DNA of 63,042 nucleotides, the filler included, from Octopus bimaculoides (Eukaryota), in NCBI RefSeq assembly GCF_001194135.2. It is 6 parts of 6 records of this genome, joined end to end, with 100 filler letters (N's around TTAATTAATTAA, not from the genome) between each part and the next. Parts side by side here need not be neighbours in the genome. Positions count along the whole stretch, not along the records: positions 48,157 to 60,414 come from NC_069002.1; positions 60,515 to 63,042 come from NC_068998.1; 4 more parts are not named here. One strand, given 5' to 3'. The position numbers and the translations under genes are program-made. The notes beneath the pieces are model-generated. The model saw nothing but the letters and a program-made list of their open reading frames with translations. It searched no databases and was not told where the DNA came from. Shown one piece after another: positions 49,590 through 62,399 of the stretch (positions are counted from its first letter, which is position 1; each line of letters starts with the position of its first letter).

Positions 49590-50585
49590 CTATGTAATGT
49601 AGAGATTATGTATGGGTCGGGGGCGTGGGTATCCTTCTTGCGGAGAAACGGCTTGATAAGATAATTGAAGTAGACAGAGTCTGTGATATAACACTTAAGA
49701 TTAGATTAGTGCTGCAACATGGGTTAGCAACCATTATTTCAGCGTATGCCCCTCGGCCAGGGCTACCTGATGGACAGAAAGACCAATTTTATGTCACCTA
49801 CTTGCAGACTACCTTATTGATGAATGACAGGGACCTTTTCTTTGTGGCTGGACAACATGCAGAGGGTTTCCATGGTGTACATAGAGGCTATGGTTTGGGT
49901 TCCCACAGTGCGAATGGAACCAGGCTGCTGGAGTTCTGCAATGCAAATGATCTTCTGGTTTGTAATGCACCCCACAACATAGATTAGTACTTAGCAACTT
50001 CAGGATCAGGGCTAAATGGATGCCTAGAAGTCACCAGCATGGAGGACAAGGGTCTGGAAGCTTAAGGATCCTGAGAATGTTTAGAGATGTTTAGAAATGT
50101 ATTACTCGAGGCTTTTAACAAAATAGAAGGGGTATATAGCATCCCATGATGTGGCAGACAACTGGAGGTTCATATGGGATGACCTGTTGAGGGGTACTGA
50201 CCAGATCTGCAGATGGTGCAAAGTCCCCTCTTGACCCAAGGTAACATGGTGGTGGAACAATGTAGTTGACAGGGCCATTAGGGAAAAGAAGCAGGCATGG
50301 AAGGACTGGAAGAACAGTGGAAACAGGGAATTGTATCAGATTGCCAAAAGGGAAGCTATGAGACAGGTTTATTTAGCCAGAGGGGAAGTAGATAAGAAAA
50401 ATTTTGCCAATGTTCTGTGTCGTGAGGAACAAAGACTTGAAGTGTTTTGTGTTACAAGACAGTGTGTAAGAGAGAATCATGATGTCGTAGGAGAGAAATG
50501 TGTCCACATGGATGATGGCTCACTTGCATTTCATGAGCCTGCAAAGAGAGAGGCTTGGAGACACCACTATGAAAGGTTGCTAAAT
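49590..50585 (+). mobile_element. RTE-clade LINE relic (APE endonuclease and linker region)
   Basis: GVGILLAEK..DKIIEVDRV...IISAYAP..GL...KDQFY...GFHGVH.GYG.G..SANGTRLLEFC.ANDLLVCN, later LAFHEPAKREAWRHHYERLLN; many stops and frameshifts. Confidence 0.85.
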
Positions 50586-51899
50586 ATATATATATTTCTG
50601 TGTGAGTTAGAGGTTGGGAAACCAACCAATTAGGGGATAGTACCTATCCAATATACTGCTGGTAGTGTGCCCAATTATTCATACCCAAGTGCTGGTTATT
50701 GTGTGGCAATCTCGCAATTGAGTGTTATATATGGGCAGGGGTAAAAAGTGATTTACCCTTCATTTATACAGCAAATAAGAAAATGGGGAGGATACAAAAA
50801 CAAAATACATCAGCCAGTCGGCACTCTAGTATGTCTATTTATTCTAAAGTATTATAAAGTATTAGAAGAATACATACACATGTAATAACTATGTGTTACA
50901 CATACATGTACTGATATTACAGAAAAGACCAAAAGATCAGATTGTCGATAGGTTCTTGTTCCTTACGGCTGTTTCTGTCAAGAGGCAACGAAATCCTCCA
51001 TGCCATCTCCATCTCCTCAGTGTTCTGCAGGGATGGGCAGATAGAGTTTAGATTATGAGTGTGCCTCTAGGCTTCTTCAGAAGGTCTAAGTGGTTGAGAG
51101 GGTTAATACATATAAGAAACAGTTAAGTCTGTTTGTCTTTTTGAAAGGGCAGAAAAAGAATAGGAGTAAATATGAGGATGTTAGTGAAGCACAACTTCTT
51201 AAAATTATTTTGGTATATGAAAGGGAATAAACTACAGACTTCCTGTGATGTATTCCAAGATCCATGTTATTTCATCCAATTGTGGATAGGTGAATATAGT
51301 CGTTCTCAGGAGGAGTTTTTTCAGGAAGGGTGAATTTAGGCAGTAGTTCGTATTATGTTTACATAGAAATTCACATTATATTTAGAAATACAGTGGTGGA
51401 TTTGAAGGTATGGTCCATGTTATGGAGGTGAAAGTTTATATGTAAAGTACCAGCTAGTAGGTGCAACGTTACTGATGGTATGGCATAAGCAGCCTATGAT
51501 GGTGAACCCATCATGGGAAAATTTGGTATAAGGGTGTACTAATGAGAGTAAGGAACCAGGTGGGACTAAAGTGTGGTGTTAGTGTTCGTTATTTTTTGCC
51601 AATCAACAAGTCTCGGAATCCCTGTGTGTAGTGGGGTGGGGGTTGTGGTCAGTCCTACAACCTAATTGGTCAGCTATTTTTTTGAAAACCATAACGTGGT
51701 TATGGTTTGTTGATGGTTAACCAATAACACAAAACAAATCAAATAAATAAATAAACCATGGTCATTATGGGAAAGTAAATGAGCAAAATAAAATTAGAAT
51801 CAAGTAAATAAGTGAGTGAGTGTGATAACTAAAACAATAGGACAAAGGGAAGAGGATCCTAAAGGACAACATAAGAAAAATAAAAGAAGTGGTATACTT

Positions 51900-53451
51900 C
51901 CTAAAAAAAACTGAAAGAAGGCATTATATGTCCTATCCACAAAGGTGGAAGCAGAGCAGAGGCCCAAAACTACAGGTCAATCTCTCTGTCTTCACATATC
52001 AGTAAAGTCATGGAGCGAATCATCAGAAAGAAGTTGATAATTCTCCTTGAAGAAAATGACCTACTGAACAATCCTCAGCATGGCTTCTGCCCAGGAAGAA
52101 GCTGCCTCACACAGCTCCCACAGCACTATGACTGGGTTTTGAAGCAGCTGCTTGACCATTCAGATGTCAGTGTGATATACCTTGACTTTGCAAAGGCATT
52201 TGATAAGGTAAATCATGGCGTGATAAGTCATAAGCTACAAGACCTTGGCATTGCTGGTAAAGTGGGAGAATAGCTACTTGATTTCCTTAAAAACACAAGT
52301 CAGGTAGTTGCAGCCAATGGTGCCCTTACTGCGGAAACTTGAATCCTAAGTGATGTCTCCCAGGGAGCTGTTTTAGGGCCATTATTGTTCATAATAGCCC
52401 TCTTAGACATGCCCACAGTCACTTGGACAGCCACTGTCATTAGCTATGCTGATGATACAAAATTATCACAGGCAATTAAAAGCCAAGATGATGTCACAAG
52501 CTTACAGTGGGACCTAAACTCAGTATACAGGTGGGCCAAAATAAACAACATGCAGTTTAAGGTTGGAAAATTTCAAGCACTGCACTATCAACTCACGAAT
52601 ACAGTACAATCTAAATATACAGGACCCAACGGCACTACAATCCCAGAGTCACAAGCAGTGAAAAACTTGGGAATCAGTATGTGCAATGTTGCATCATTTC
52701 ATATGCACATTAGCCAGATGGCAGCAAAGTGCAGACAACTGGCAGGATGGATACTGAAGTCCTTCAAGTCAAGAGACCAAGAAACTATGTTGACCCTGTG
52801 GAGAACCTGTGTTCTCAGCTGCCTGGACTACTCTTCCCAGTTATGGTCATCACATAGTGCCAAACAAACAGAGGAGCTTCAAGCAGTCCAAAACCACTAC
52901 ACTAAAACGATTGAAACAGTGCAGCGGATAAACTACAGGGATAGGCTGAGAAAACTACAGCTTTACTCCCTTGAGCGAAGGTATGTGATATATGCGATAA
53001 TATACATATGGAAAATCCTAGAACGGCTAGTACCTAACTTTGGCATTGAGTGTTATACAAATGCCAGAACTGGCTGCCATTGTATTGTACCAAAGGTACC
53101 ATCTATTCCATCTAAATTTAGGACCAGGAACTGCATCAGTCTAGGGTTCAAAGGCCCACAGCTCTTCAATGCCATACCAGAAAAATTAAGGAATTTGCAT
53201 AAGGTGAAAGTAGATGTCTTCAAAAAGGAACTAGACATCCTCCTTTCCACAATAGCGGATGATTCAACAGTCTGACATGAGGTACAGACGAGGGCAGCGG
53301 AATCAAACTCCCTTATACACCAAATGGACCAACAGCTGGGACAAAGGTACATACAGGAGTGGTGATGTGAAACACCCACACTGAAGAAGTCAGAAGGACC
53401 ATGGTGATGCTCCATCATGACCTCGGCCACATGGCTGAAACAAATAAAAGA

Positions 53452-53454
<3 letters not shown>
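51900..53454 (+). mobile_element. CR1-like LINE, RT plus 3' end, decayed
   Basis: NYRSISL.SHISKVMERI...QHGF.PGRSCLTQL...VIYLDFAKAFDKVNH...QGAVLGPLLF...YADDTKL...LYSLERR; 3' end GGTGATGCTCC...CTGAAACAAATAAAAGAG then (TA)n. Confidence 0.9.
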
Positions 53455-53485
<31 letters not shown>

Positions 53486-53791
53486 ATATCCTATTGACAT
53501 TCAATAATTTATTTATATTACAATATTACATTAAATACTATAAATATGATAGCATAACATAATATTATATAAATAATTATAAAAACTGTAAAAGGCTAAC
53601 AAATACGTGTTTAGAAAATTTTATTGTGTATATCTGTATTTGCATGTATACTTTTATAAGTGTACATATATGTGTATATATGAATAACTATATGTTTATG
53701 TATATGCATGTAACCACTTGTATACATAGACATATGTTATTTTTTTATGTTTATATCTGATGCATATATGTATATGCATATATGTATATGC

Positions 53792-53850
<59 letters not shown>

Positions 53851-53862
53851 TGTGTGTGTGTA

Positions 53863-54254
53863 GGAGCGGCTGTGTGGTAAGTAGCTTGCTTACGAACCAT
53901 ATGGTTCCGGGTTCAGTCCCACTGCGTGGCACTTTGGGCAAGTGTCTTCTACTATAGCCTCGGGCTGACCAAAGTTATGTGAGTGGATTTGGTAGACGGA
54001 AACTGAAAGAAGCCCGTCGTATATATGTATATATATGTTTACATGTGTGTGTGTGTATATATGTTTGTCCCCCCAACATTGCTTGACAACCTATGCTGGT
54101 GTGTTTACGTCCCCGTAACTTAGCGGTTCGGCATAAGAGAATGATAGAATAAGTACTAGGCTCACAAAGAATAAGACCTGGGGTCGATTTGGTCGATTAA
54201 AGGCGGTGCTCCAGCATGGCCACAGTCAAATGACTGAAACAAGTAAAAAGAATA
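53863..54254 (+). mobile_element. SINE family A full-length copy (tRNA-like head, CORE-like domain, internal microsatellite, LINE-like tail)
   Basis: A-box-like GGCTGTGTGGTAAG, B-box-like GGTTCAGTCCC, GGCACTTTGGGCAAGTGTCTT resembling the MIR CORE (CCTTGGGCAAGT), (TA/TG)n at about 54020-54065, tail 54202-54254. Confidence 0.9.
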
Positions 54255-54281
54255 TATAGATATATGTATACATATATATAT

Positions 54282-55500
54282 TAGGGCTAGTAACGATTAA
54301 TTTAATTTTAATTATTCACTTTTGAGAAATTAACGTCTAATTAATAGTTAATTTCAGTTAAAACACAAAAATGTCTGCAGTTGCATTTATTGACAAGTTT
54401 ATGATATTTCAGTTAAAATTCAGTTAAAAACAAGAAATAGCATAGGTGTTTTCTTACTCAGATGTTGTTGGATAACGAGTTACGCAAACTCACAAGAATG
54501 CTAACAGTATTTTGTTCAAGTGTTGAGCGTGTCTTGTTAACAATGTAACCAATAGACTTAAATAGTTGTTCACGCAGAACCGAGGTAGCTGGTATGCACA
54601 GAACTGTCTTGGCAAAAAATGCCAATTTCGGATATCTATGTTCATTAAGTTTCCACCATTGTAGTGGATCGACTGATTCAGCAATTTTTCTCTCCATTTT
54701 ATATCGCTGTACTTCATCCAAAGCGTTTTCGACATCCTCTTCTAAGTCTGAGTCAGACTCCTTCAGCTTAATACGCTTCTCATTAGGTTCGCATATAGTT
54801 TTACTGACCCTGTCAGTATCATTCTGTGCATTAGTCTTCAACCGATCATCATTAACATCAGCTGCTATTTGCTGTCCAATAAGTAACCAAGTTTGTTCTT
54901 TGGAATCGTCCGATAAACGCTTCAAGTTTTTATATTGTGGATCAAGTGCTGTTGCAATCTATAATATTTCAATACTTTCCAGCTCAGCTATATGTTTGCT
55001 GAAGTCATTAACAGATACTGCCTTGAATCTGGCTATATAACCTGGATCATCATCATTTACAGTCATGTGCTTTGTCAAAGATAATAACAGTGGTTATACA
55101 CAGCTACACGACACATATTTTTTACTGCCAAGCAAGACCGTAGCCTGACAGAAACATTGATGTATTTTGAAATCTTTTCCCAATCAGAATTGAACAGTTT
55201 TGGACCTTTATATTGCTTCTCTTCATCTGACATGTAGATGGTTATTGCTTCTCTGGCCTGCAGCAGACTCTTTAGCATTAGTAAAGTACTGTTCCATCTT
55301 GCTGTAGCTTACAAAATGGTGAATCGCTACAATTCTGCAATTCAGTTGTGTGGATAGGGCTATGTTTAAAATGTCCTAGGATTTTTCAACATTTAACAAT
55401 GTTTCTGGATCTGCAGCTTAAAACCCATGCAATATGCTCAACTGCAGGCTATGAGCCAAACATGGAATATGAGCAAAACCAGTTTGTTGTCTTACCTTTT
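54282..55500 (-). mobile_element. hAT transposon relic (3' half, dimerisation domain)
   Basis: HIPCLAHSLQL (CxxH), RWNSTLLML, DPLQWWK..EHRYPKLA..AK.VLCIPATS; terminal TAGGGCTAGTAACGATTAA at 54282; frameshifts. Confidence 0.85.
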
Positions 55501-56377
55501 CTATCAACATATATGCATATGTATATATATATATATATATGCATATATANNNNNNNNNNNNNNNNNNNNNNNNNNNNNNNNNNNNNNNNNNNNNNNNNNN
55601 NNNNNNNNNNNNNNNNNNNNNNNNNNNNNNNNNNNNNNNNNNNNNNNNNNNNNNNNNNNNNNNNNNNNNNNNNNNNNNNNNNNNNNNNNNNNNNNNNNNN
55701 NNNNNNNNNNNNNNNNNNNNNNNNNNNNNNNNNNNNNNNNNNNNNNNNNNNNNNNNNNNNNNNNNNNNNNTATATATATATATATATATATATATGCGTA
55801 TATATATATACATATACTTATGTTTTCTTAAATAGTTTACTGGTGTTGTTGTTATTAATGTCAGCCATGATCTTACAAACATAATTCCACATGGTGTAAA
55901 GTATATACATTTTTTTTGATCTAGTCTAAAAAATGATATGTTAATTAAGTAAAAGGTGTTTCTCAATAATTGAAGAAATAAACCTATTACCGATTTAGGC
56001 CGGAGGAATCAGCATAATTGTAGAAAATATTCAAAAAGACGTTTTAGACAGTTCTCTACACTTGTATGTCTTATGTTGACTGTGCTATGTGGTATATACG
56101 TCTCTATGTATGTATCATATGCATGGTGTGTATATATGCATGGTGTGTATGTATGCATGATGTGTGTGTATGCATGCATACAAACATACACACATGATGT
56201 GCTTATGTACATAGTCCATTTAGAATGACTAAATATTAGTGATATAGTGGAAGTGAGATTAGTTTAATTAACCAGATTCTTCCCTTACAAATTCTTCCCT
56301 TCCTGAATAATAGAAATCTATATTAATCTTTATTTATTCCCCTAACCCTGTCATTTATCTTCTTTCTGTGATTACAG

Positions 56378-56451
56378 CTCGTTTGGCTGCAGGAACACCT
56401 TTGTATAAGAGTAAAGAGGAATATTATGATGAAGAACTGCGATTAAGAAAG
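56378..56451 (+). CDS. IQCE: IQ domain-containing protein E, internal exon
   Basis: TTCTTTCTGTGATTACAG| ... AAG|GTCAGT; encodes (A)RLAAGTPLYKSKEEYYDEELRLRK, resembling vertebrate IQCE GTPVYREKEDMYDEIIELKK (from memory). Confidence 0.75.
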
Positions 56452-57913
56452 GTCAGTGTCTCTGTTTACTTTTTTTATTGTTTTGTTTTCTGTTTTCACT
56501 CATTTCTATTTACCTTGAAGGCCCACTCCTGACACTCCACCACCACTATTTTTATCCCTCTTCCCAGCTCTGTCCCACCCACTCTTTCATAATGTGAGTA
56601 ACCCTGTACCTCCTCCACAGCAAATCATCTTTTTGGTTCTGGCCCTTACTTTCATAATTTAACCCCATCGTTTCTTAGCACAAAGCCATCTTCCTTACTA
56701 CTTTAGTTTCACTCAGTTGAAAGGAATCTTAGTCTTGCAAGCAGGATGGTAACTTCACTAGTGCTGGCGCCATGAAAAAAGCAGCAGTACACTCTGTAAA
56801 GTGGTGGTATTAGGAAGGGCACCCAACCATTGAAATCATGCCTAAGCAGACATTGGAGAATGCTGCAATCCTTGGAGATAGTGGATCTTGTTAAACCATG
56901 CAACCCATGCAGCATGAAAGATGAACATTACAAGATTATCATGATAAGAAGGGTGATGTTCAGTTGCTTGGTGATATACACCTATGGAGGCCCATAGCCA
57001 CTACACCCAAACTGATTCACAATTTAAATATCATTTGGTATTATGTTGTTCAAGGAAAAAAATATCCTTAGAGAAAGTTATCTTATAGACTGGTATCCTA
57101 TACAAGAGATTTATCACTCACCTGCTGAACACTAAAACCACAAAGCAATGAGGGCACCTCTATATGATTGCTTGACCTGTTAGAGATAATAACCAAAATC
57201 TCTTTCATATTCTACCCTACTGTCTAAAAAAGAAAGGATATGTTGGATAATGTAGTCATACTATATTGACTAAGCATTAACTGTTTAATCAGGACTAATC
57301 CCTGAAACTGTCTTCCCATTGGAAAATGGGGAAGACTGTTTTATTAAATATTATCTTTGTAGCCAATCCTGTTTCTTGATGACTTGGGTGGTAAGAACAC
57401 TGCTTTATCAAGTAAATATAATTAGTAATAGATATAGTTCATAATTGTAATGACTCTCCATTGGTTATAATAATGAGTGGCTGAGTATCCCACAGACATG
57501 TGTAGCTTTAATGTAATCCTCAGGTAGAATCAATGTGATGCAGTGTGACAAAGCTGGACTTTTAAATTACATTTATAATCCATCCATGGGCTTTCACACA
57601 GTTTCCATCTACTCAGTTTTACTCATTAGGCAAGAGCCAACCTGAGATTATGGTAAAAGAGACACTTTTGCTCAAGATGCCATGCAATGGTATTGAATTT
57701 GGAACCTTGTGTTTGTGAAGCAAACTCCATAACCATTCAGCTATCCTAAGTCCATTAATGAAATTACAGTACCAATAACTCTAGTACACTAGTTTTAGTC
57801 AAGTTCAGTCAAGTCTATTTCTACCCAAATACGTTGGCTCTCAAGTATCTATGCCCTGATAAGGTTACTCTCAAATATTTATCTTTTACTTTTTAATCTT
57901 TCTTCCTTGTTAG

Positions 57914-57991
57914 GAAATTGGATCACTGAAGCACGAAAATTCTACAATGAAAACTAAACTGCGCCGTTTGGAAGAAGATAATCTTAAGAAG
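57914..57991 (+). CDS. IQCE: IQ domain-containing protein E, next internal exon
   Basis: TCTTCCTTGTTAG| ... AAG|GTTAGT; phase 0 matches the previous exon; EIGSLKHENSTMKTKLRRLEEDNLKK resembles IQCE MRTKLRRLEEENSRK. Confidence 0.8.
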
Positions 57992-58300
57992 GTTAGTTGG
58001 TTGCTATCACCCCCACTCCCCTGTATACATATGATAATGAGGGTTATGTTTTACAGTCCAAGGAAGATAGTTCTGCAATTTCTTATTGCACAACCTGCAC
58101 AAATGATTTGTTTGTAGTGATCAAATGTTTTTAATTATACATTAGCTCACTCCCTCCTTCAAAGTTCAAAGTGTACAACAATTCAAGTGTTGAAGTCATT
58201 GCAGAGATGAAGTGTTTTGTGCGAGAACACAATGGGTCCAGGAACTGAAACCATGATCTCATGATTGTGAGTGCAATACCCACTAGCTCATGTGTCCTGC

Positions 58301-58338
<38 letters not shown>

Positions 58339-58934
58339 AAAGGAAATGAATGGACAATGATGATTCAATACATGCTATATTTGTTTCACTAGCATGGTAA
58401 TTCATGCATTATGTAATATAAAATCACCAGCCATTCCGTCAGCCACCCAAACTACTAATAGAATAAAAGATTGGCTGCTCAAATTCAAATCCTAAAAACT
58501 TTAGCTGTATCAATAGTAGGAGGGATTGAAAAGGAGATTTTACCAATCAATCATCTCTGATATAGTATCATCAACCCATTTTTTAAAAAATGGGTGTGGT
58601 CAACATCTATCTATCTTAATCATAATCATTTACAACTAGGCAACAATTTACAATTATTTTGATAACATTTGACCTAACCTCCAACACAAGAGAATTTTTT
58701 AACTGTCACACAAACATTTAGAAATTATAGCACAAATTAATTGTAGTTTCACTAAAAAATATTAGGTCTAATAAAAATGCATAAATATGAAAAAAAAAAG
58801 TTGCTAGTAAATCCTTAAAGGAATTAATCAGATAAAATATTTGCCATTGCAAATTTTGGACAAAATATGATTAAAACTTGAATTTATATGAAATATAGTT
58901 ACATTTAAAATGTTATAATAATAATAAAAATGAT

Positions 58935-59143
58935 TTTGAATTTTGGCACAAGACCAGTAATTTCAGCGAAGTGGCTAAGTCAATTACATTGACCCCAATG
59001 CTCAACTGGTGCTTATTTTATTGACCCCCTAAACAACGAAAGCAAAGTCAATCTTGGTGGAATTTGAACTCAGAAGGTAAAGATGGACAACATACCACTA
59101 ATCATTTTGTTTGGCATGCTAACGATTCTGCCAGCTTGCCAAC
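58935..59143 (-). mobile_element. SINE family B copy
   Basis: Reverse complement AAGTTGGCAAGCTGGCAGAATCGTTAGCATG...GAGTTCAAATTCC; abuts (AAT)n at 59144-59217. Confidence 0.8.
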
Positions 59144-59216
<73 letters not shown>

Positions 59217-59218
<2 letters not shown>

Positions 59219-60414
59219 TATGCGGCAGCCACTGCAGCCACAAAAGAAGCAGGATACTCACTCAAACCCATCCGAACAGGAGTTCTACCACCCAAACAGA
59301 CCTTGTGGATAAATAACATCCAGAACAAAATTTAAAAAAAGAGAAAAGATTTATCGATTCTCAACGAAATTAGTAAACAATCAACACAACTAAGTAACNN
59401 NNNNNNNNNNNNNNNNNNNNNNNNNNNNNNNNNNNNNNNNNNNNNNNNNNNNNNNNNNNNNNNNNNNNNNNNNNNNNNNNNNNNNNNNNNNNNNNNNNNN
59501 NNNNNNNNNNNNNNNNNNNNNNNNNNNNNNNNNNNNNNNNNNNNNNNNNNNNNNNNNNNNNNNNNNNNNNNNNNNNNNNNNNNNNNNNNNNNNNNNNNNN
59601 NNNNNNNNNNNNNNNNNNNNNNNNNNNNNNNNNNNNNNNNNNNNNNNNNNNNNNNNNNNNNNNNNNNNNNNNNNNNNNNNNNNNNNNNNNNNNNNNNNNN
59701 NNNNNNNNNNNNNNNNNNNNNNNNNCAACCCCAAAAAACTCTACCAAGAACTGGGTAAAAATAAAATAGACATTACTGCAGCACCAACAGCAGAAGAACT
59801 AGAGAAATTCTGGAAACAAATATGGTCGGTGAAGCAACAACCCCAGAAAAGGATCATTAAAACAACGAACTTAGCACCTGAGCAACTCTGGGCCCCTATA
59901 ACAACTGAAGAGGTCACCCAGACACTGCAAAGACTAAGCAACTGGAAGGCACCTGGATACGACAAGATCCCCAATTTCTGGTTAAAACACCTGCCAGGAA
60001 TGCATAAAAAGCTGGCAGAAAACTTTAACAACATACTAGCAGAGCTAGAGGCAATGCCTGAATGGCTCACAAAAAAGAAAACCATCTTAATCCCCAAATC
60101 CACGGAAACGGAGAAACCACAAAACTATAGACCTATAACCTGTCTCCCTACGATCTACAAAGCCTTTACTGCAATAATATCGCAGAGATTGAGTAAACAC
60201 CTGGAAAATAACAACCTGTTTCCAGAAGAGCAGAAGGGATGCTGCAAGGGCTCATACGGCTGTAAAGATCAATTATTGATCAATAAAGCCATAACTGAAG
60301 ACAGCCGCAGAAAGAAGAAAGGCCTCAGTATGGCCTGGGTGGACTACCAAAAGGCCTTCAACAGTGTTCCCCACACGTGGATTCTGGAAACGCTAGCCAT
60401 AAACAAGGTGGCAC
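59217..60414 (+). mobile_element. R4/Dong-like non-LTR retrotransposon fragment with the N-terminal RT region
   Basis: Starts at (AAT)n with IYAAATAA.KEAG...; after a gap LSNWKAPGYDKIPNFWLK...NYRPITCLPTIYK...EEQKGC.KGSYGCKDQLLINK...LSMAWVDYQKAFNSVPH.WI. Confidence 0.85.
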
Positions 60415-60533
60415 NNNNNNNNNNNNNNNNNNNNNNNNNNNNNNNNNNNNNNNNNNNNTTAATTAATTAANNNNNNNNNNNNNNNNNNNNNNNNNNNNNN
60501 NNNNNNNNNNNNNNTATATATATATATATATAC

Positions 60534-60587
<54 letters not shown>

Positions 60588-60742
60588 GCCTATATATATG
60601 TATATAAATGTCTCTGTGTGTATGCGTATACATACATACGTGTGTGTGTATGTATATATAAATATATATACACATATATGTATGTGTATGTATATGTATA
60701 TATACATATGTATGCAAGTGTATGTAATATACACACACAGAC

Positions 60743-60783
<41 letters not shown>

Positions 60784-60896
60784 TATGAGATATATATGTG
60801 TGTGTATATACATATATATATATATAAACGTAGATATACTCATACTTGTTCCTGATTTTGCACACACAAGCACACATGCTCACAGACATATATGTA

Positions 60897-60965
<69 letters not shown>

Positions 60966-61321
60966 GTGTGTGTGGGTGTGTGTGTGTGTACAGGCGTAAC
61001 TGCATATAGGAAGCTGGTGAGTCATTCGGTCGCTATAAATCCTCACACGATGTAATACAATTCTTGAGGCTAGAATCCAGATGGTCGGCAATATCTGTTT
61101 ATTGGAGACGCTCCCTCTCGTTCGTCAGGAAGTCCATACACTAACCCTAACACCTCACTACACTTCTGTAAGTAAATACAGAAAGAAATAAGCTTGCTTC
61201 CTGACTGTTTTCTTGGGTTCAATCCCAATGTGTGACATGTTGGGCAAGCGTTTTCTACCATAGCCTGGGGGCCCACCGAACTCTTGTCAGTGGATTTGGT
61301 AAACACAAATTGAAAGCCGTA

Positions 61322-61360
<39 letters not shown>

Positions 61361-61464
61361 CATACATACATACACACACACACACGTACACACACAGAGG
61401 AACAACAGCCACATAGGGGAGCATGCGGAACATAACCGAAATATGGAAGTATTATATAATAATC

Positions 61465-61915
61465 CTTTCCACAAAAGGCACAAGGCCTGAAATTTTGGAG
61501 AGGGGGAGCAGTCGATTAGATCGACTCCAGTATGCAACTGGTACTTAATTTATCGACTCCAAAAGGATGAAGGGCTAAGTCGACCGCGGCAGAATTCGAA
61601 CTCAGAACGTAGAGACGGGGGAAGGGCTGCAAAGCATTTCGTCCGGCGTGCTAACTATTCTGCCAGCTCACTCCCTTAAATAATAATAATCATAATAAAA
61701 AGAAGAAGAAATAATTATTTTTGCTATAGGCACAAGCGCTGGAAATTCGAGGTTAGGGTCTAATCGCTTAAATCGATCCCATTGTTCAATTGATATTTAT
61801 GGATACCGAAAGGATGAAAAGCAAAGCCAGCCACGGCGGAATTTGAACTCATGGCGTAGAAACAAATGAGACGCCTCTCAAGTAATGTGTCCGGCGCGCT
61901 AAGTATTTCGCCAAA
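61465..61915 (-). mobile_element. Two tandem SINE family B copies
   Basis: About 61465-61677 and 61725-61915, same orientation, separated by (AAT)-rich spacer. Confidence 0.8.
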
Positions 61916-62166
61916 CCGCCGAATTGATGACATACACCGGAAACATATTTTTGAAGACTTGTAGAAAATACGTATGTTATTATAAACGCGCGTGTATGTG
62001 TGTATGTGTGTATGTGTGTGTATATGTGTGTGTGTGTGGCTAAATGCATGCTTACATTCATATATACATAGACAAACACACACGGACATATAGTCTCTTA
62101 TTGATTCTAGTCGACGGGGTTTAGGCATTCTTCGGCACCGTCTTAAGTGTTTTAAGACCATATATA

Positions 62167-62290
62167 CAGGGTGTCCACAAGGTCCGGGTGCATGGAGTAA
62201 ATAAAATCATAACATAAACAATTAAATATAAGAAATAATAATTTCTTAAAGTATGTGTTGATCCCCATGTACCCAGACTTTGTGGACACC

Positions 62291-62293
<3 letters not shown>
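62167..62293. mobile_element. 127-bp Tc1/mariner-type MITE
   Basis: TA|CAGGGTGTCCACAAGGTCCGGGTGCATGG ... CCATGTACCCAGACTTTGTGGACACCCTG|TA; 29-bp TIRs with 3 mismatches. Confidence 0.9.
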
Positions 62294-62352
<59 letters not shown>

Positions 62353-62399
62353 ATGTGTGTGTGTGTGTGTGTGATTTGATTTTTTTTATTTGATTTGAT

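Noticed and set aside
50950-51025. Minus-strand CTGAGGA...GAAAC-AGCC-GTA hammerhead-like motif; possible Penelope relic at 50630-51850
   Set aside because: Helix I cannot form with CTGAGGA and helix II is poor; I could not read a convincing GIY-YIG frame nearby.
53053-53430. Antisense ORFs over LINE, hAT and gene ORFs (also 54594-55040, 7469-7864, 47699-47947)
   Set aside because: Shadow frames of real coding sequence on the opposite strand.
53863-53940. tRNA gene calls at SINE heads
   Set aside because: A/B-box-like motifs are present but no full cloverleaf, and the sequence continues into SINE bodies.
58574-58595. Perfect 22-bp palindrome ACCCATTTTTTAAAAAATGGGT
   Set aside because: Mostly homopolymer; a related motif near 24366 suggests a repeat remnant; no further support.
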